Positions 1 to 9,447 of a stretch of DNA of 11,693 nt are shown here, piece after piece. Below the pieces are notes generated by a model that had not been told where the DNA came from, made no database searches, and worked only from the letters and a program-made list of their open reading frames with translations. The position numbers were made by a program, and so were the translations under genes. Source of the DNA: Candidatus Zixiibacteriota bacterium (GTDB taxonomy: Bacteria; Zixibacteria; MSB-5A5; WJJR01); assembly GCA_036170655.1 (NCBI GenBank), contig JAVHPP010000103.1, forward strand, positions 1-11,693, given 5' to 3'. Every line of letters starts with the position of its first letter. Position 1 is the first letter of the stretch.

Positions 1-406
1 CCTCCATGACTTTGATTACGACCGCTATCCCACCGCGACCGAGCATCCATACAAGGGCGCCGACATTCTGCGCGCCCAAGGGGTACCCGAAGACTGGATC
101 CGGACCATCATGTCCCACGCCGCCTATACTGGCATCCCGCGTGATACCCTGCGCGCCAGAGCACTATTCGCCGTCGATGAACTGTGCGGATTTCTGACCG
201 CGGTCGCGCTCGTGCGTCCGGACAAGAAGATCGCATCCGTTGTGGTGTCTTCGGTCCGCAAGAAAATGAAACAAAAGGCCTTCGCGGCTCAGGTCTCACG
301 CGCGGACATCACCAACGGCGCGGCCGATCTCGGGATCGGCCTCGACGAGCACATCGCGTTCGTGATCGCCGCGATGACACATGTGGCTGAACAATTGGGA
401 TTGTAA
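1..406 (+). CDS. HD-superfamily metal-dependent phosphohydrolase (HDIG-like), 5' end outside the window
   Basis: The frame is open from nt 2: LHDFDYDRYPTATEHPYKGADIL...IMSHA...LFAVDELCGFLTAVALVRP...KAFAAQVSRADI. It shows the HD motif plus downstream His/Asp ligands; stop TAA at 404-406. Confidence 0.85.
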   Translation, partial: LHDFDYDRYPTATEHPYKGADILRAQGVPEDWIRTIMSHAAYTGIPRDTLRARALFAVDELCGFLTAVALVRPDKKIASVVVSSVRKKMKQKAFAAQVSRADITNGAADLGIGLDEHIAFVIAAMTHVAEQLGL

Positions 407-441
407 GTCGATCGCGGCCGAACGTGCACCGGCCGATCTTA

Positions 442-1155
442 CTACGTCTCGTGCTTCGCCTTGTATTCCGCGAGCTTCCGTTCGCCCAGGGGCTGCCTGC
501 GTTTGACGCGCAACGACTCCCGGCATTCAGCGCGGAAGTCTGGATTCACAATCACATTTACAACGAGCGTGATTGTCATTGTAATCGCCCCGCCAAGGGC
601 AGCCAGCGCCATGTCCTTCTGCGCATCCCAAAGGTCGCCTTGGGCACCGAGAAACGCCATGCCGGCTTTGGGATTGACAATCACCGTGGCGCCCCATTCC
701 ACCAGCTCATAGATCGCCGACAACGAGATCATCAAGTCCAGTGGCAGGACAATTCCCCAAATGCCGCGTGAACCGATCACCCGGTAGTACAACTCACGCA
801 CCGGGTAGGCCAGCAACAGCCCGAAAAGGAGATGCACGACGCGATCGAAGTTGTTACGCTCCCAGCCGAAGATAGGCGCCATCCAGTCGCCGATAGGTGT
901 CTCGGCGTAGGTATAGTGCGCGCCAACGGCGTGGAGAATCATGAAGATGGTCAGGGGAATGTAGGAGAGGTTGGACAAAGGGAAACTACGGTAGGTCACA
1001 ACGAAGAATGCCACAGCCAACATGGCCAGGATGTTCTCCAGCCGCCAGTCTGCCGGATAGACCGGGTGGATCGCCATGACCGCCCAGACAACGCCATAGA
1101 TCGCGAGGCAGATGATCGGGATGATTGTCGGCTTTGGTTTCGGATGAACCTGCAA
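442..1155 (-). CDS. DUF2238 / YjdF-family inner membrane protein
   Basis: Multiple TM helices with family motifs SNLSY, HAVGAHYTYAETP, RNNFDRVVH, YELVEW and FLGAQGDLWDAQKDM. I prefer the TTG start at 1155 because GGAGAGG lies just upstream (the ORF track starts at 1209). Confidence 0.85.
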   Translation of the reverse strand: MQVHPKPKPTIIPIICLAIYGVVWAVMAIHPVYPADWRLENILAMLAVAFFVVTYRSFPLSNLSYIPLTIFMILHAVGAHYTYAETPIGDWMAPIFGWERNNFDRVVHLLFGLLLAYPVRELYYRVIGSRGIWGIVLPLDLMISLSAIYELVEWGATVIVNPKAGMAFLGAQGDLWDAQKDMALAALGGAITMTITLVVNVIVNPDFRAECRESLRVKRRQPLGERKLAEYKAKHET

Positions 1156-1253
1156 TGTGTCCTCTCCGAACAGATGGCTCCTGCCTGACAACCTAACGTC
1201 TCGGATCACCGGATCGGAAACGATCGCGGGCGGAAAGCAGCCGTCTGCCCTGC

Positions 1254-2558
1254 TTACGCATGCACGAGACGGTTACCCGGATTGCAGAAAATCGTCTCGT
1301 CACGATCCGGGCCGGTGGAAACCATCATCAGCGTCACGCCGAGAGCATCGCACAGATACGCGAGATAATCTTTGGCCGCTGACGGCAGGGCATCGTAGCC
1401 GGTGATACCCGCGGTCGAGGTCTTCCACCCCGGCAGCGACTGATAGACCGGCGTCACGTCATCGAGATGCCCGGCATCAAAGGGAACATCGGTGACACTC
1501 TGGCCGTGGTATTCGTATGCAACGCAAACCGGGATTTCGTCGAACACATCGAGCACATCGAGCTTGGTCACGGCAACATATTTGATGCCATCAATGCGCA
1601 CAGCGTACTTGAGCGCCACCAGATCGAGCCAGCCGCAGCGACGGCACCGTCCCGTGGTCGTCCCGAATTCATTGCCACCTTCCTGTAGGCGTCGCCCAGC
1701 ATCCCCTGATGCTTCGGTCGGGAACGGACCGTTTCCCACTCGCGTCGTGTATGCCTTGACCACGCCGATGACCTGATTGATCGCCGCTGGGGGGACCCCG
1801 AGTCCGGTGCAGACACCTCCCACCGTGGTGCTGGAGGATGTGACATACGGATAGGTGCCAAAATCGACGTCCAACAGCGCTCCCTGTGCCCCCTCGAACA
1901 GGATAGACTGACCATCACGCATAGCATCATCCAGCACGCGCGGCGCGTCCACGAGCATCGGAGCCAGCCTCTCGCCAAACGACTGCAATTCCGCGACCGT
2001 GGAATCCACCGTGCATCCTTTGCCTGCGAGGTAGCCACCGGTGATCTGATCCCAATACTCGATTGCCGTGCGTACGCAACGCCGCAGACGTGACGGGTCG
2101 CTGATGTCTCCGGCACGGACACCACGGCGTGCGATTTTATCGGTGTACGCGGGGCCGATCCCCCTCATGGTAGTTCCGATCTTCTCCTCTGCGGTACGGC
2201 AGTCTTCCGCCTGCTCCTCCAGTAATTTATGATGCGGGAGAACGAGATGGGCCGCGGCCGATACGAACAGACGATTTTGCACCGGGATACCGGTCTCCTC
2301 CAGGTTTGCGATCTCGCCAAACAGTCCGGGCAGATCGACGACGACACCGTTGCCGATGAGACAGCGCGCCTGAGGTGAGAGGATGCCGGTCGGGATAAGA
2401 TGCAGAGCGTAGCGCCGGGAGCCAACTTTCACGGTGTGCCCCGCGTTGGCGCCGCCAGCGTATCGGGCGACCCAGTCGGATGATTTCGCCAGGAGATCGA
2501 CAATCTTGCCTTTTCCCTCATCCCCCCATTGGGCACCCACGACCACGCGATTCGACAT
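1254..2558 (-). CDS. purA: Adenylosuccinate synthetase
   Basis: Motifs GAQWGDEGKGK, GGANAGHT, IGTTMRGIGPAY, EGAQG..LDVDFGTYPYVTSS, EFGTTTGR and TKLDVL. ATG at 2558 follows a GGAGGTG RBS that overlaps the engB stop codon. Confidence 0.98.
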   Translation of the reverse strand: MSNRVVVGAQWGDEGKGKIVDLLAKSSDWVARYAGGANAGHTVKVGSRRYALHLIPTGILSPQARCLIGNGVVVDLPGLFGEIANLEETGIPVQNRLFVSAAAHLVLPHHKLLEEQAEDCRTAEEKIGTTMRGIGPAYTDKIARRGVRAGDISDPSRLRRCVRTAIEYWDQITGGYLAGKGCTVDSTVAELQSFGERLAPMLVDAPRVLDDAMRDGQSILFEGAQGALLDVDFGTYPYVTSSSTTVGGVCTGLGVPPAAINQVIGVVKAYTTRVGNGPFPTEASGDAGRRLQEGGNEFGTTTGRCRRCGWLDLVALKYAVRIDGIKYVAVTKLDVLDVFDEIPVCVAYEYHGQSVTDVPFDAGHLDDVTPVYQSLPGWKTSTAGITGYDALPSAAKDYLAYLCDALGVTLMMVSTGPDRDETIFCNPGNRLVHA

Positions 2559-2563
2559 AGAAT

Positions 2564-3187
2564 TCACCTCCCGGTCACAACCCGTTTCGCCTGCCGGACA
2601 TCATCGATCCATTGCCAAAGCCGATCCTTGCCTTCACCGGTGACGGTAGAGAAGAAAATCGGATCGCCCCCGGGCATCCTCAAAATATTCTCACCCATGG
2701 CCCGGCGCCAGCCCGCCAGAGACTTCGCCTGCTCAGTGCGGGACAGCTTATCGCACTTGGTGAGCACAACAACGTACGGGCGCCCCCAAACCGCCAGCCA
2801 CAGAAGCCAGTCGACGTCCTCATCGACCGCTTCACGTCGCGCGTCGAACAGGGCAATCATCCCGGCGGGCCGCTGCGGATCGGCCAAGTACGAATTAAGA
2901 AGCTTTGCCCAATCGTCGCGCATCGATTTCGATACCCGGGCATATCCATATCCCGGCAGATCGACCAAGTGGAACTCCCGCGACTTTTCCGGCTCAATCA
3001 GAAAGAAGTTGAGACACCGCGTTTTCCCTGGAGTCCGTGAGATCTTTGCCAGCTGGCGCCGGTTGGTCAAACGATTGATGAGAGAGGACTTCCCCACGTT
3101 GGATTTCCCCGCCACCGCAATTTCGACGAGTGGGCTGCGCGGAAGCTCCTCAATCGTGTAGACGCTCTTGACGTAGCGGGCCTCCAT
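2564..3187 (-). CDS. engB: Ribosome biogenesis GTP-binding protein YihA/YsxC (EngB)
   Basis: G1 GKSNVGKSS, G2 TPGKT, G3 DLPGYGYA, G4 TKCDK and G5 FSTV; typical position downstream of clpX. Confidence 0.96.
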   Translation of the reverse strand: MEARYVKSVYTIEELPRSPLVEIAVAGKSNVGKSSLINRLTNRRQLAKISRTPGKTRCLNFFLIEPEKSREFHLVDLPGYGYARVSKSMRDDWAKLLNSYLADPQRPAGMIALFDARREAVDEDVDWLLWLAVWGRPYVVVLTKCDKLSRTEQAKSLAGWRRAMGENILRMPGGDPIFFSTVTGEGKDRLWQWIDDVRQAKRVVTGR

Positions 3188-3248
3188 GACAGGACAGAAT
3201 CAGACGCTCGGAAAGTGGCGGACATGCCCGGCGGGCGGACAGACGGGG

Positions 3249-4523
3249 TCAGGCGCTTTTCTTCCGCTCCCGCGCAAATTCGAGCACTGGCTTGGCACAG
3301 TTCCGCACTGCGTCTGCGGTAATCGTGACTTTTTTCAGCGACTCCATCGAAGGAAGCGTGAACATCAAATCCAGAAGCGCCCGCTCCAGAATCGATCGTA
3401 GCCCCCGTGCGCCGGTTTTCCGTTTGACTGTACGATCAACCACTTCCCGCATTGCCCCGGGATCAATGACCAACTCGACACCTTCCATCTCGAACAATAC
3501 CTGATACTGCCGGACCAGCGCGTTCTTCGGTTCCGTCAGAATACGCATTAAGGCATCGACATCCAGTTCTTCGAACGCCGCGGCCACCGGCAACCGTCCG
3601 ATCAGTTCCGGAATCAGACCGTAGGCCAGCAGATCTTCCGCCTCAACCTGCGCCAGCACTTCCGACGACGTCAAATTGCGCAAGGCTTCCGGGCTGTTGT
3701 GGAATCCCATGTTGCGCTTGCCAATCCGGCGGTTGATGATTTGCTCGAGACCATGGAAGGCGCCACCGCAGATGAAAAGAATGTTGGATGTATCGATCTT
3801 GACGAATGCTTGTTCCGGGTGTTTCCTCCCGCCTTTGGGAGGAACATTAGCGACCGTTCCTTCGAGAATCTTCAGCAGGCCCTGTTGCACCCCTTCGCCG
3901 GAAACATCGCGTGTGATCGAGGGATTGGCTTCCTTCCGGGCGATCTTGTCGATCTCATCGATGTAGACGATCCCGCGCTCGGCGCGCTTCACATTGTAGT
4001 CAGCCGACTGGAGGAGCCGGACCAAGATGCTCTCGACATCCTCTCCGACGTATCCGGCCTCGGTCAGCACCGTCGCGTCAGCAATGCAGAATGGCACTGC
4101 AAGCATCTTCGCTAGCGTACGCGCCATCAAGGTCTTCCCGGTCCCTGTCGGCCCGACGAGCAGGATATTCGACTTCTCCAGCTCGACAGTCTTCTGCCAT
4201 TCGGGATAGAACACACGCTTGTAGTGGTTGTAGACGGCCACCGACACAACGCGTTTCGCCATGTCCTGGCCAATAACGTACTGGTCGAGATACGCCTTGA
4301 CCGCCTCGGGATTGGGAAGATCGTCTCGCGCGATCTCTTCCACCGGGGCCGACGGCTCGGTCTCCGCCATGAGGCCATAGCATGTTCTCACGCATTCGTC
4401 ACAAATCAGCGCGTGGAAACCGGAAAATATTTTGTGAACACGTGTCGGATCTTTGCCGCAGAAGGAACATCGCCCCTTCCCAAAGGATTCGTGATCAATC
4501 GGCGGCCCGTTCGTCTCGCTCAT
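3249..4523 (-). CDS. clpX: ATP-dependent Clp protease ATP-binding subunit ClpX
   Basis: C4 zinc finger (CSFC...CDEC), Walker [13 protein letters not shown] pore loop, Walker [21 protein letters not shown] loop and GARGLR. Confidence 0.98.
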   Translation of the reverse strand: MSETNGPPIDHESFGKGRCSFCGKDPTRVHKIFSGFHALICDECVRTCYGLMAETEPSAPVEEIARDDLPNPEAVKAYLDQYVIGQDMAKRVVSVAVYNHYKRVFYPEWQKTVELEKSNILLVGPTGTGKTLMARTLAKMLAVPFCIADATVLTEAGYVGEDVESILVRLLQSADYNVKRAERGIVYIDEIDKIARKEANPSITRDVSGEGVQQGLLKILEGTVANVPPKGGRKHPEQAFVKIDTSNILFICGGAFHGLEQIINRRIGKRNMGFHNSPEALRNLTSSEVLAQVEAEDLLAYGLIPELIGRLPVAAAFEELDVDALMRILTEPKNALVRQYQVLFEMEGVELVIDPGAMREVVDRTVKRKTGARGLRSILERALLDLMFTLPSMESLKKVTITADAVRNCAKPVLEFARERKKSA

Positions 4524-4581
4524 CGGACTTCACCCATCGGGAATCTTCCCGCGTCAAGTGTTTGCCAGGTCCCTGCTGTCC

Positions 4582-4615
4582 AAAGAAAAGGCCGAGCGGA
4601 GTCACCGCCACGGCC
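4582..4615 (-). terminator. Putative intrinsic terminator between clpP and clpX
   Basis: The minus strand reads GGCCG-TG-GCGG-TGACT-CCGC-T-CGGCC followed by TTTTCTTTG, i.e. a GC-rich stem plus U-tract. Confidence 0.6.
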
Positions 4616-4639
4616 ATCTTTTCACCGTAGATCAGTATA

Positions 4640-5242
4640 CTACTGTTTGGGGGGAGTTGACACCTTCTTTTCGTAGACAATGTCAATAATCCCGTATGTC
4701 TTCGCCTCGTCCGCCGACATGAAGAAGTTACGGTCGGTGTCGTGCTCGACTTTCTCCAGCGTCTGTTTGGTGTGCTTGACCAGGATCTCATTGAGCCGGA
4801 TCTTCAGCACCTGAAGCTCGCGGGCGTGAATCTCGATGTCCGAAACCTGCCCTTGGACTCCACCCCAGGGCTGATGAATCATCACACGGGCATTGACCAG
4901 CGCGGCACGTTTCCCGGGCGCCCCCGCTGCCAGAAGCAGCGCCCCCATCGAGGCCGCCATGCCCACACAGGTTGTGGCAACATCCGGCTTCACAAACTGC
5001 ATCGTGTCATAGATGGCCAGCCCGGAAGACACCGATCCGCCGGGCGAGTTAATGTAGACAAAAATGTCCTTCTCCGGGTCTTCCGCCTCCAGAAAGAGCA
5101 ACTGGGCAATGACCAGATTGGCAAGGTTGTCATCGATCGGCGTCCCGATGAAGATGATCCGGTCCTTCAGGAGCCGCGAGTAAATGTCATAGGCGCGTTC
5201 ACCGCGACCTGTCTGTTCTACAACAATGGGAATCAACGTCAT
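4640..5242 (-). CDS. clpP: ATP-dependent Clp protease proteolytic subunit ClpP
   Basis: N-terminus [32 protein letters not shown], catalytic Ser (AASMG), His (MIHQP) and Asp (DRNFFMS). ATG at 5242 follows a GAGGAG RBS. Confidence 0.98.
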   Translation of the reverse strand: MTLIPIVVEQTGRGERAYDIYSRLLKDRIIFIGTPIDDNLANLVIAQLLFLEAEDPEKDIFVYINSPGGSVSSGLAIYDTMQFVKPDVATTCVGMAASMGALLLAAGAPGKRAALVNARVMIHQPWGGVQGQVSDIEIHARELQVLKIRLNEILVKHTKQTLEKVEHDTDRNFFMSADEAKTYGIIDIVYEKKVSTPPKQ

Positions 5243-5389
5243 TGTGTGGTTTCTCCTCGCTGTGTGCACTCGCCCCAATGTGGCCGGATGATCGGCGGGA
5301 CTCCCCGCCCTCCCATCACCAAGATCGGCTCCGATTGGTCATTCGTTTACCGTCTCGGGCCAGCGTATACCTCGCGGACCAGGGTCGGA

Positions 5390-6658
5390 TCATGCCTGCC
5401 CGGGCTTGATGATCTTGGAGTTCGACGGATGCGATACTTCCATGATCTCAGCGTTGTTCAGTAGAAAGCTGTACACCTTGTCTTCCAGAAGCGAATCGCG
5501 GATTTTCTCTTCCGAGGGCCGCTCCTTGGAATCTTTGGGCCATGTGTTGAGAACCTCGGTGACTTCGGCATCCTCAACGGTCAAACCTTCCTTCTGGGCG
5601 ATCTCATAGACGGTGTAGTCCCATCGGAACTGTTCGATCGCGAGCGGCTCGAACCGTGTGCGCACGGACTCCCCCGACATGGCGGAATCCGCCGTTTGCA
5701 ATTGACGCGTGATGCCCGTGATGTACTCGTTGAGAAACGCGCGCGGGACATCAAACACATTGGCTTCGAGAACCTGGCGGCGGGCCTGATATCCCATGTC
5801 CTTGATAGCCGCAGATTCGGCACGGCGTTTCAAATCGGCGGCGATCCGCTCGCGCAGCAGCGCCATCGTCTCGAACGTTCCCAACCGCTTCGCAAACTCA
5901 TCGTCGGCGGCCGGAAGATGCTTCTCCGAAACAGATTTCAGCCAAACACGGAAAAGCACCGTGTTGCCGGCCAGGTCCGGATCGGGCTCCTCGTCGGGAT
6001 AGGTCACTTCGATTTCCTTTCCCTCGCCAATTCCCATCCCCACGAGTCCCTTGAAAAACTCAGGACGCGTCCGCTCCGGACGCAGATCGAAGCGCACATT
6101 CTCAAACTTGGACTTCTTCACCCGGTTGCGCCGGTCATGGATCTTTTGGAGATCGCAAATAACCACATCGCCCTCTTGCGCCGACCGGGTGACCTGGGTC
6201 GTCGTCGCCGCCATCTCGCGCAGTTCGTCGACGGCGGGATCGACATCTTTGTCCGTGATCTCGTAAACCTGCTTCTGCAACTTCAGCCCCTTGTAACCGA
6301 CGATTTCGACTTGGGGCCGGATCTCAACCTCAACACTGAAGGTCATATCCGACCCGCGCTCCAGCTTCACCTTGTCGAGCTTGGGGGACCCGAGCGCGGA
6401 AATCTTGAGTTGATGCAACGCCTGATCGTAGGCCTTGGGAACGATGTCTTCGAGCACTTCCTGGCGGATTTCGTCGCCATAACGTCCGGCGACCATCGCT
6501 GTCGTCGCCTTGCCGGGGCGGAATCCAGGGAACTTGGCCTTCTTCCGATACTCTTCGGTCACCTGCGCAAATGCCGCTTCGATATCCGCCGTCGGCACGG
6601 TCACCTGAAATGTGCGCGACCAGCCCTGTTCGCTGGTCATTGTCGCTTTGACGTCCAT
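5390..6658 (-). CDS. tig: Trigger factor
   Basis: Ribosome-binding signature PGFRPGK, FKBP-like middle domain (GLVGMGIGEGKEIEVTYP...LAG..VLF), 422 aa, directly upstream of clpP. Confidence 0.95.
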   Translation of the reverse strand: MDVKATMTSEQGWSRTFQVTVPTADIEAAFAQVTEEYRKKAKFPGFRPGKATTAMVAGRYGDEIRQEVLEDIVPKAYDQALHQLKISALGSPKLDKVKLERGSDMTFSVEVEIRPQVEIVGYKGLKLQKQVYEITDKDVDPAVDELREMAATTTQVTRSAQEGDVVICDLQKIHDRRNRVKKSKFENVRFDLRPERTRPEFFKGLVGMGIGEGKEIEVTYPDEEPDPDLAGNTVLFRVWLKSVSEKHLPAADDEFAKRLGTFETMALLRERIAADLKRRAESAAIKDMGYQARRQVLEANVFDVPRAFLNEYITGITRQLQTADSAMSGESVRTRFEPLAIEQFRWDYTVYEIAQKEGLTVEDAEVTEVLNTWPKDSKERPSEEKIRDSLLEDKVYSFLLNNAEIMEVSHPSNSKIIKPGQA

Positions 6659-6772
6659 GGTCGAATCGCCTTTCTATGCCAGATTGGCTGGACTGGCCGC
6701 ATCCCGCTCTGCCTGCGCTGAGCACGGCATGGCCGCAGAAGATAGATCATCCGGAGAAAAAACCCAATGGCT

Positions 6773-6816
6773 TTCCTCCGCGCCAGATACGGAGGGGAGG
6801 CCTCTGGCGGAGGAAG
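6773..6816 (-). other. GC-rich hairpin immediately 3' of the tRNA (processing or attenuation signal?)
   Basis: On the + strand TTCCTCCG[CG]CCAGA pairs with TCTGGCGGAGGAA (2-nt bulge). There is no U-tract on the transcribed strand. Confidence 0.45.
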
Positions 6817-6898
6817 TGCGAAAGGGGGGAGTTGAACCCCCACGGGTTGCCCCACTGGATCCTAAGTCCAGCGCGTCTGCCAATTCCGCCACTTTCGC
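6817..6898 (-). tRNA. tRNA-Leu (anticodon TAG), CCA not encoded
   Basis: Minus strand: GCGAAAG-TGGCGGAATTGGCAGACGCG-CTGGA-CTTAGGA-TCCAG-TGGGGCAACCCGT-GGGGGTTCAACTCCCC-CCTTTCGC-A. It has a 7-bp acceptor stem, a long variable arm, a T-loop and discriminator A. Confidence 0.97.
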
Positions 6899-6974
6899 AT
6901 CACGCTCCACTCTCGGGATTCACGGTTTCATCCATCCCATCCGCAGGCCGTCCCCCGACACCAAGTCCTACAGG

Positions 6975-7003
6975 AATATAGATGCGTGTGTTACCGCGAG
7001 CAA
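6975..7003 (-). promoter_or_regulatory. Sigma70-type promoter for the tRNA-Leu/tig/clp operon
   Basis: The minus strand reads TTGCTC-N17-TATATT, about 77 nt upstream of the tRNA 5' end. Confidence 0.65.
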
Positions 7004-7139
7004 GTGACAGCAATGTGCGATATGGCCCGAGAGGCGGTTCTGTGTGCCAATAGGAGAATAACGCAGTGTAGCGCGACCGCAGTAGCGGAAAGACCGCTGC
7101 CTGCGGGGAGCGCCTCGAGGCAGCGCCCCCAGACAAGCC

Positions 7140-7166
7140 GATGGGCAGGGGTCGCCCCTGCCCATC
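7140..7166. terminator. Perfect 12-bp hairpin downstream of the sigma54 activator (terminator or REP-like element)
   Basis: GATGGGCAGGGG-TCG-CCCCTGCCCATC lies 22 nt past the stop at 7189; U-tracts are weak on both sides. Confidence 0.55.
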
Positions 7167-7188
7167 TGGTGTTGACTGCGATGTTGTC

Positions 7189-9447
7189 TCATGCAGCGAT
7201 TTTCGACGCGTCTTCATCCGGTCGGCGGACATCCCAGCGGTGCATGAGAACACGCACACCGGCCTCGGAAATGTCGAGTTCGCGCGCGGCGGCACGCTGG
7301 TTCCAGTGATGCCGCGCCAACGCCTCGATCAGCATATCCCGTCTCGGATTGGGTGCAACATCATGGCCGTTGTCGCTACGTACCTTGTGCAGATGATCCA
7401 TCAGACAATTCGCCCATGTCGATGTGTCCGCGGACAACTGGGGACCCGCGAGAGACACGAGTTGCCAGACGAAGTTCTGCAACTGACGGATATTCCCCGG
7501 CCACGGTTCCTGTTGGGCCCGTTGCATCCATGGCTCTTCCGGCAATCGTCTCAAGTCATCTTCTGTCATGGCACGGTCCGCGAGAAAATGCCGCAGGAGC
7601 GGCAAGATATCCTCGCGCCGTTCACGCAGGGGACGAAGCTGCAACGTCGCCTGCCCGAGGCGGAAATACAGATCGGGCCGGAACAGATTTGCGTTGACCG
7701 CTTCCTGCAGGTCCGTATTGGTGGCGGCAATGAAGCGCACATCGAGTGCCCTCGTCCGCGTGTCTCCCAAAGCACGGATCCGTCGCGTATCCAGAAACTC
7801 AAGAAGTTTCGCCTGGACCTGCAGAGGCAGATTCCCGATCTCATTGAGAAAGACCGTGCCACCTTCGGCGCCCTCCAAGAGGCCGGGTCTTTCCTCCGAC
7901 GCTCCGGTAAATGTGCCCCGCCGGTATCCAAAGAGTTCACTTTCCCAGAGCGGCTCGGGGATGTTGTTCAGATCAATGCTCACGAATGGCCGGTCACGAC
8001 GCGGGCTGACCAAGTGAATGGTGTGCGCTAAGAGGTCCTTGCCTGTTCCGGTTTCGCCGGTGATCAAGATCGCCATGTCCTGCTTTGCCCAGCACCAGGC
8101 CATGCGCAGGGTCTTGCGTGTTTCGGCGTCCATGGTGACGATCTCCGGCTGTTCGACGCTCCGGATGTTCGCGATCTGCGCGGGCGCGGGCAGATCCTTA
8201 GTCAGGATTGCTTCCAGCGCTGCACGGGTCTGCTCGATCCAGTATCCGACACCGACCTCGCCCAACAGCCTTTCCGCTTCGAACAGGAACCCGAGACGTT
8301 CTCGGTCACTGAAGAGTGTGCAACGCCCCGCGGCGAGACAGGATTTTCCCCATTCCAAGCGGGCGCCGATCATCTGGAGGATGCCGATCGACTGGCGGAA
8401 TGCCGTGATGGCTTCACCGGTTTCCCGTCGCCGCGCGTGCACTTCCCCCAGAATGCGGAAGACAACGCCTTCCTCGAATCGCTCCCCGACCTTTCGGATC
8501 GGCACGAGCGCCCGCTCACATTCGGCCAGCGATTCATCGAGATTACCCTGCACAAGACGCGTTTCGGCCAGCAGGCGATGCGACTGGCCGAGCAACGATT
8601 CGTCAGAACCGGACGCCGCTCCGATGGCGATGGCCTGTTCCAGATATTCGACGGCTTCGGTCGTGTGGCCTTGCGCCAGGTGCAACTCGCCCATGTACTC
8701 GCACCAAACGCCCTGCTCACGAGGATACGAACCCGAACAGGCAGCATCCCGGACCTGCTCCAGTAGCATCTCCGCGTGCTTGAACCGCCGTTCTTGTATA
8801 TCGATGTAAGGAACCGAGAGGTCATAACGAAGTTCGTCGAGATGATCGCCTTCATCCACGTAGATCTTTCGATTACCACGGAACACCGCTCTGGCCTTCC
8901 TGAAATCGCCTGTCAGGAAGTACGCACGGGCCATGTTGTCACGCGCCACCGCCACCCATCTTTGCAACCGGTGCTTGCGGGCATACTCAGCGCACCCCTG
9001 ATAGGAGGCAAGAGCGCGCCGGTAATCCGACCGGTAGAACGCGATATTCCCCAGCCAGTTCATCGAGCGGACAATGCCGGCCGCATCACCGACACGTTTG
9101 AATGAGAACAGGGCGAGATTCACATTTTCTGTGGCTTCGTCGATATTACCCAAGAAGTAGTCGGCAACTCCGAGCGAGAAACACGCGCTGGCAAAAAGCG
9201 CATGATCGTCCCCGCGCCGGAGCGCATGAGCAGCCTTTCGACAGATCGTAACCGCCTCGCGTTGCCGGCCCAGAAAGGCCAGACATTCCCCCGTCATCAC
9301 GTCGAGCGCCAATCGGTCCCGGCCGACGACGCAGGATTTGTCCAGAGAAGTCTCTTGACGGATCAATTCAAGGGCTGCTTGGTAGTCGCGATGTTGAATT
9401 CGATCTTCGATGGCTGCTACACTGGACTGAGTGGCAGCCGTTGTCAT
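7189..9447 (-). CDS. Sigma54-interacting transcriptional regulator (bEBP): N-terminal TPR-like helical repeats, AAA+ domain, Fis-type HTH
   Basis: Walker A GETGTGKD, ESELFG, GTFTGA (GAFTGA loop), VFLNEIG, QAKLL, RFIAATN, FRPDLYFRL, WPGNIRQL and C-terminal HTH NQRAAARELDIS. The first ~410 aa have repeated LG..Y...G....A patterns typical of TPRs; no REC domain is visible. Confidence 0.93.
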   Translation of the reverse strand: MTTAATQSSVAAIEDRIQHRDYQAALELIRQETSLDKSCVVGRDRLALDVMTGECLAFLGRQREAVTICRKAAHALRRGDDHALFASACFSLGVADYFLGNIDEATENVNLALFSFKRVGDAAGIVRSMNWLGNIAFYRSDYRRALASYQGCAEYARKHRLQRWVAVARDNMARAYFLTGDFRKARAVFRGNRKIYVDEGDHLDELRYDLSVPYIDIQERRFKHAEMLLEQVRDAACSGSYPREQGVWCEYMGELHLAQGHTTEAVEYLEQAIAIGAASGSDESLLGQSHRLLAETRLVQGNLDESLAECERALVPIRKVGERFEEGVVFRILGEVHARRRETGEAITAFRQSIGILQMIGARLEWGKSCLAAGRCTLFSDRERLGFLFEAERLLGEVGVGYWIEQTRAALEAILTKDLPAPAQIANIRSVEQPEIVTMDAETRKTLRMAWCWAKQDMAILITGETGTGKDLLAHTIHLVSPRRDRPFVSIDLNNIPEPLWESELFGYRRGTFTGASEERPGLLEGAEGGTVFLNEIGNLPLQVQAKLLEFLDTRRIRALGDTRTRALDVRFIAATNTDLQEAVNANLFRPDLYFRLGQATLQLRPLRERREDILPLLRHFLADRAMTEDDLRRLPEEPWMQRAQQEPWPGNIRQLQNFVWQLVSLAGPQLSADTSTWANCLMDHLHKVRSDNGHDVAPNPRRDMLIEALARHHWNQRAAARELDISEAGVRVLMHRWDVRRPDEDASKIAA

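Noticed and set aside
3700..3715. ClpX IGF loop reads MGF (and the trigger factor signature reads GFRPGKAT)
   Set aside because: These are minor variants of the (L/I/V/M)GF and GFRxGxxP motifs and do not indicate altered function.
5696..6721. 341-aa + strand ORF, and similar long antisense ORFs at 2529-3161, 4742-5464, 7141-8031 and 8018-8809
   Set aside because: They lie antisense to well-supported genes (tig, engB, clpP, bEBP) and show no recognisable motifs; such shadow ORFs are expected in high-GC DNA.
7030..7050. TTGGCAC on the minus strand upstream of the tRNA as a sigma54 promoter
   Set aside because: The downstream GC is at N11 rather than N10 and has no TTGC; a good sigma70 promoter already explains the tRNA.
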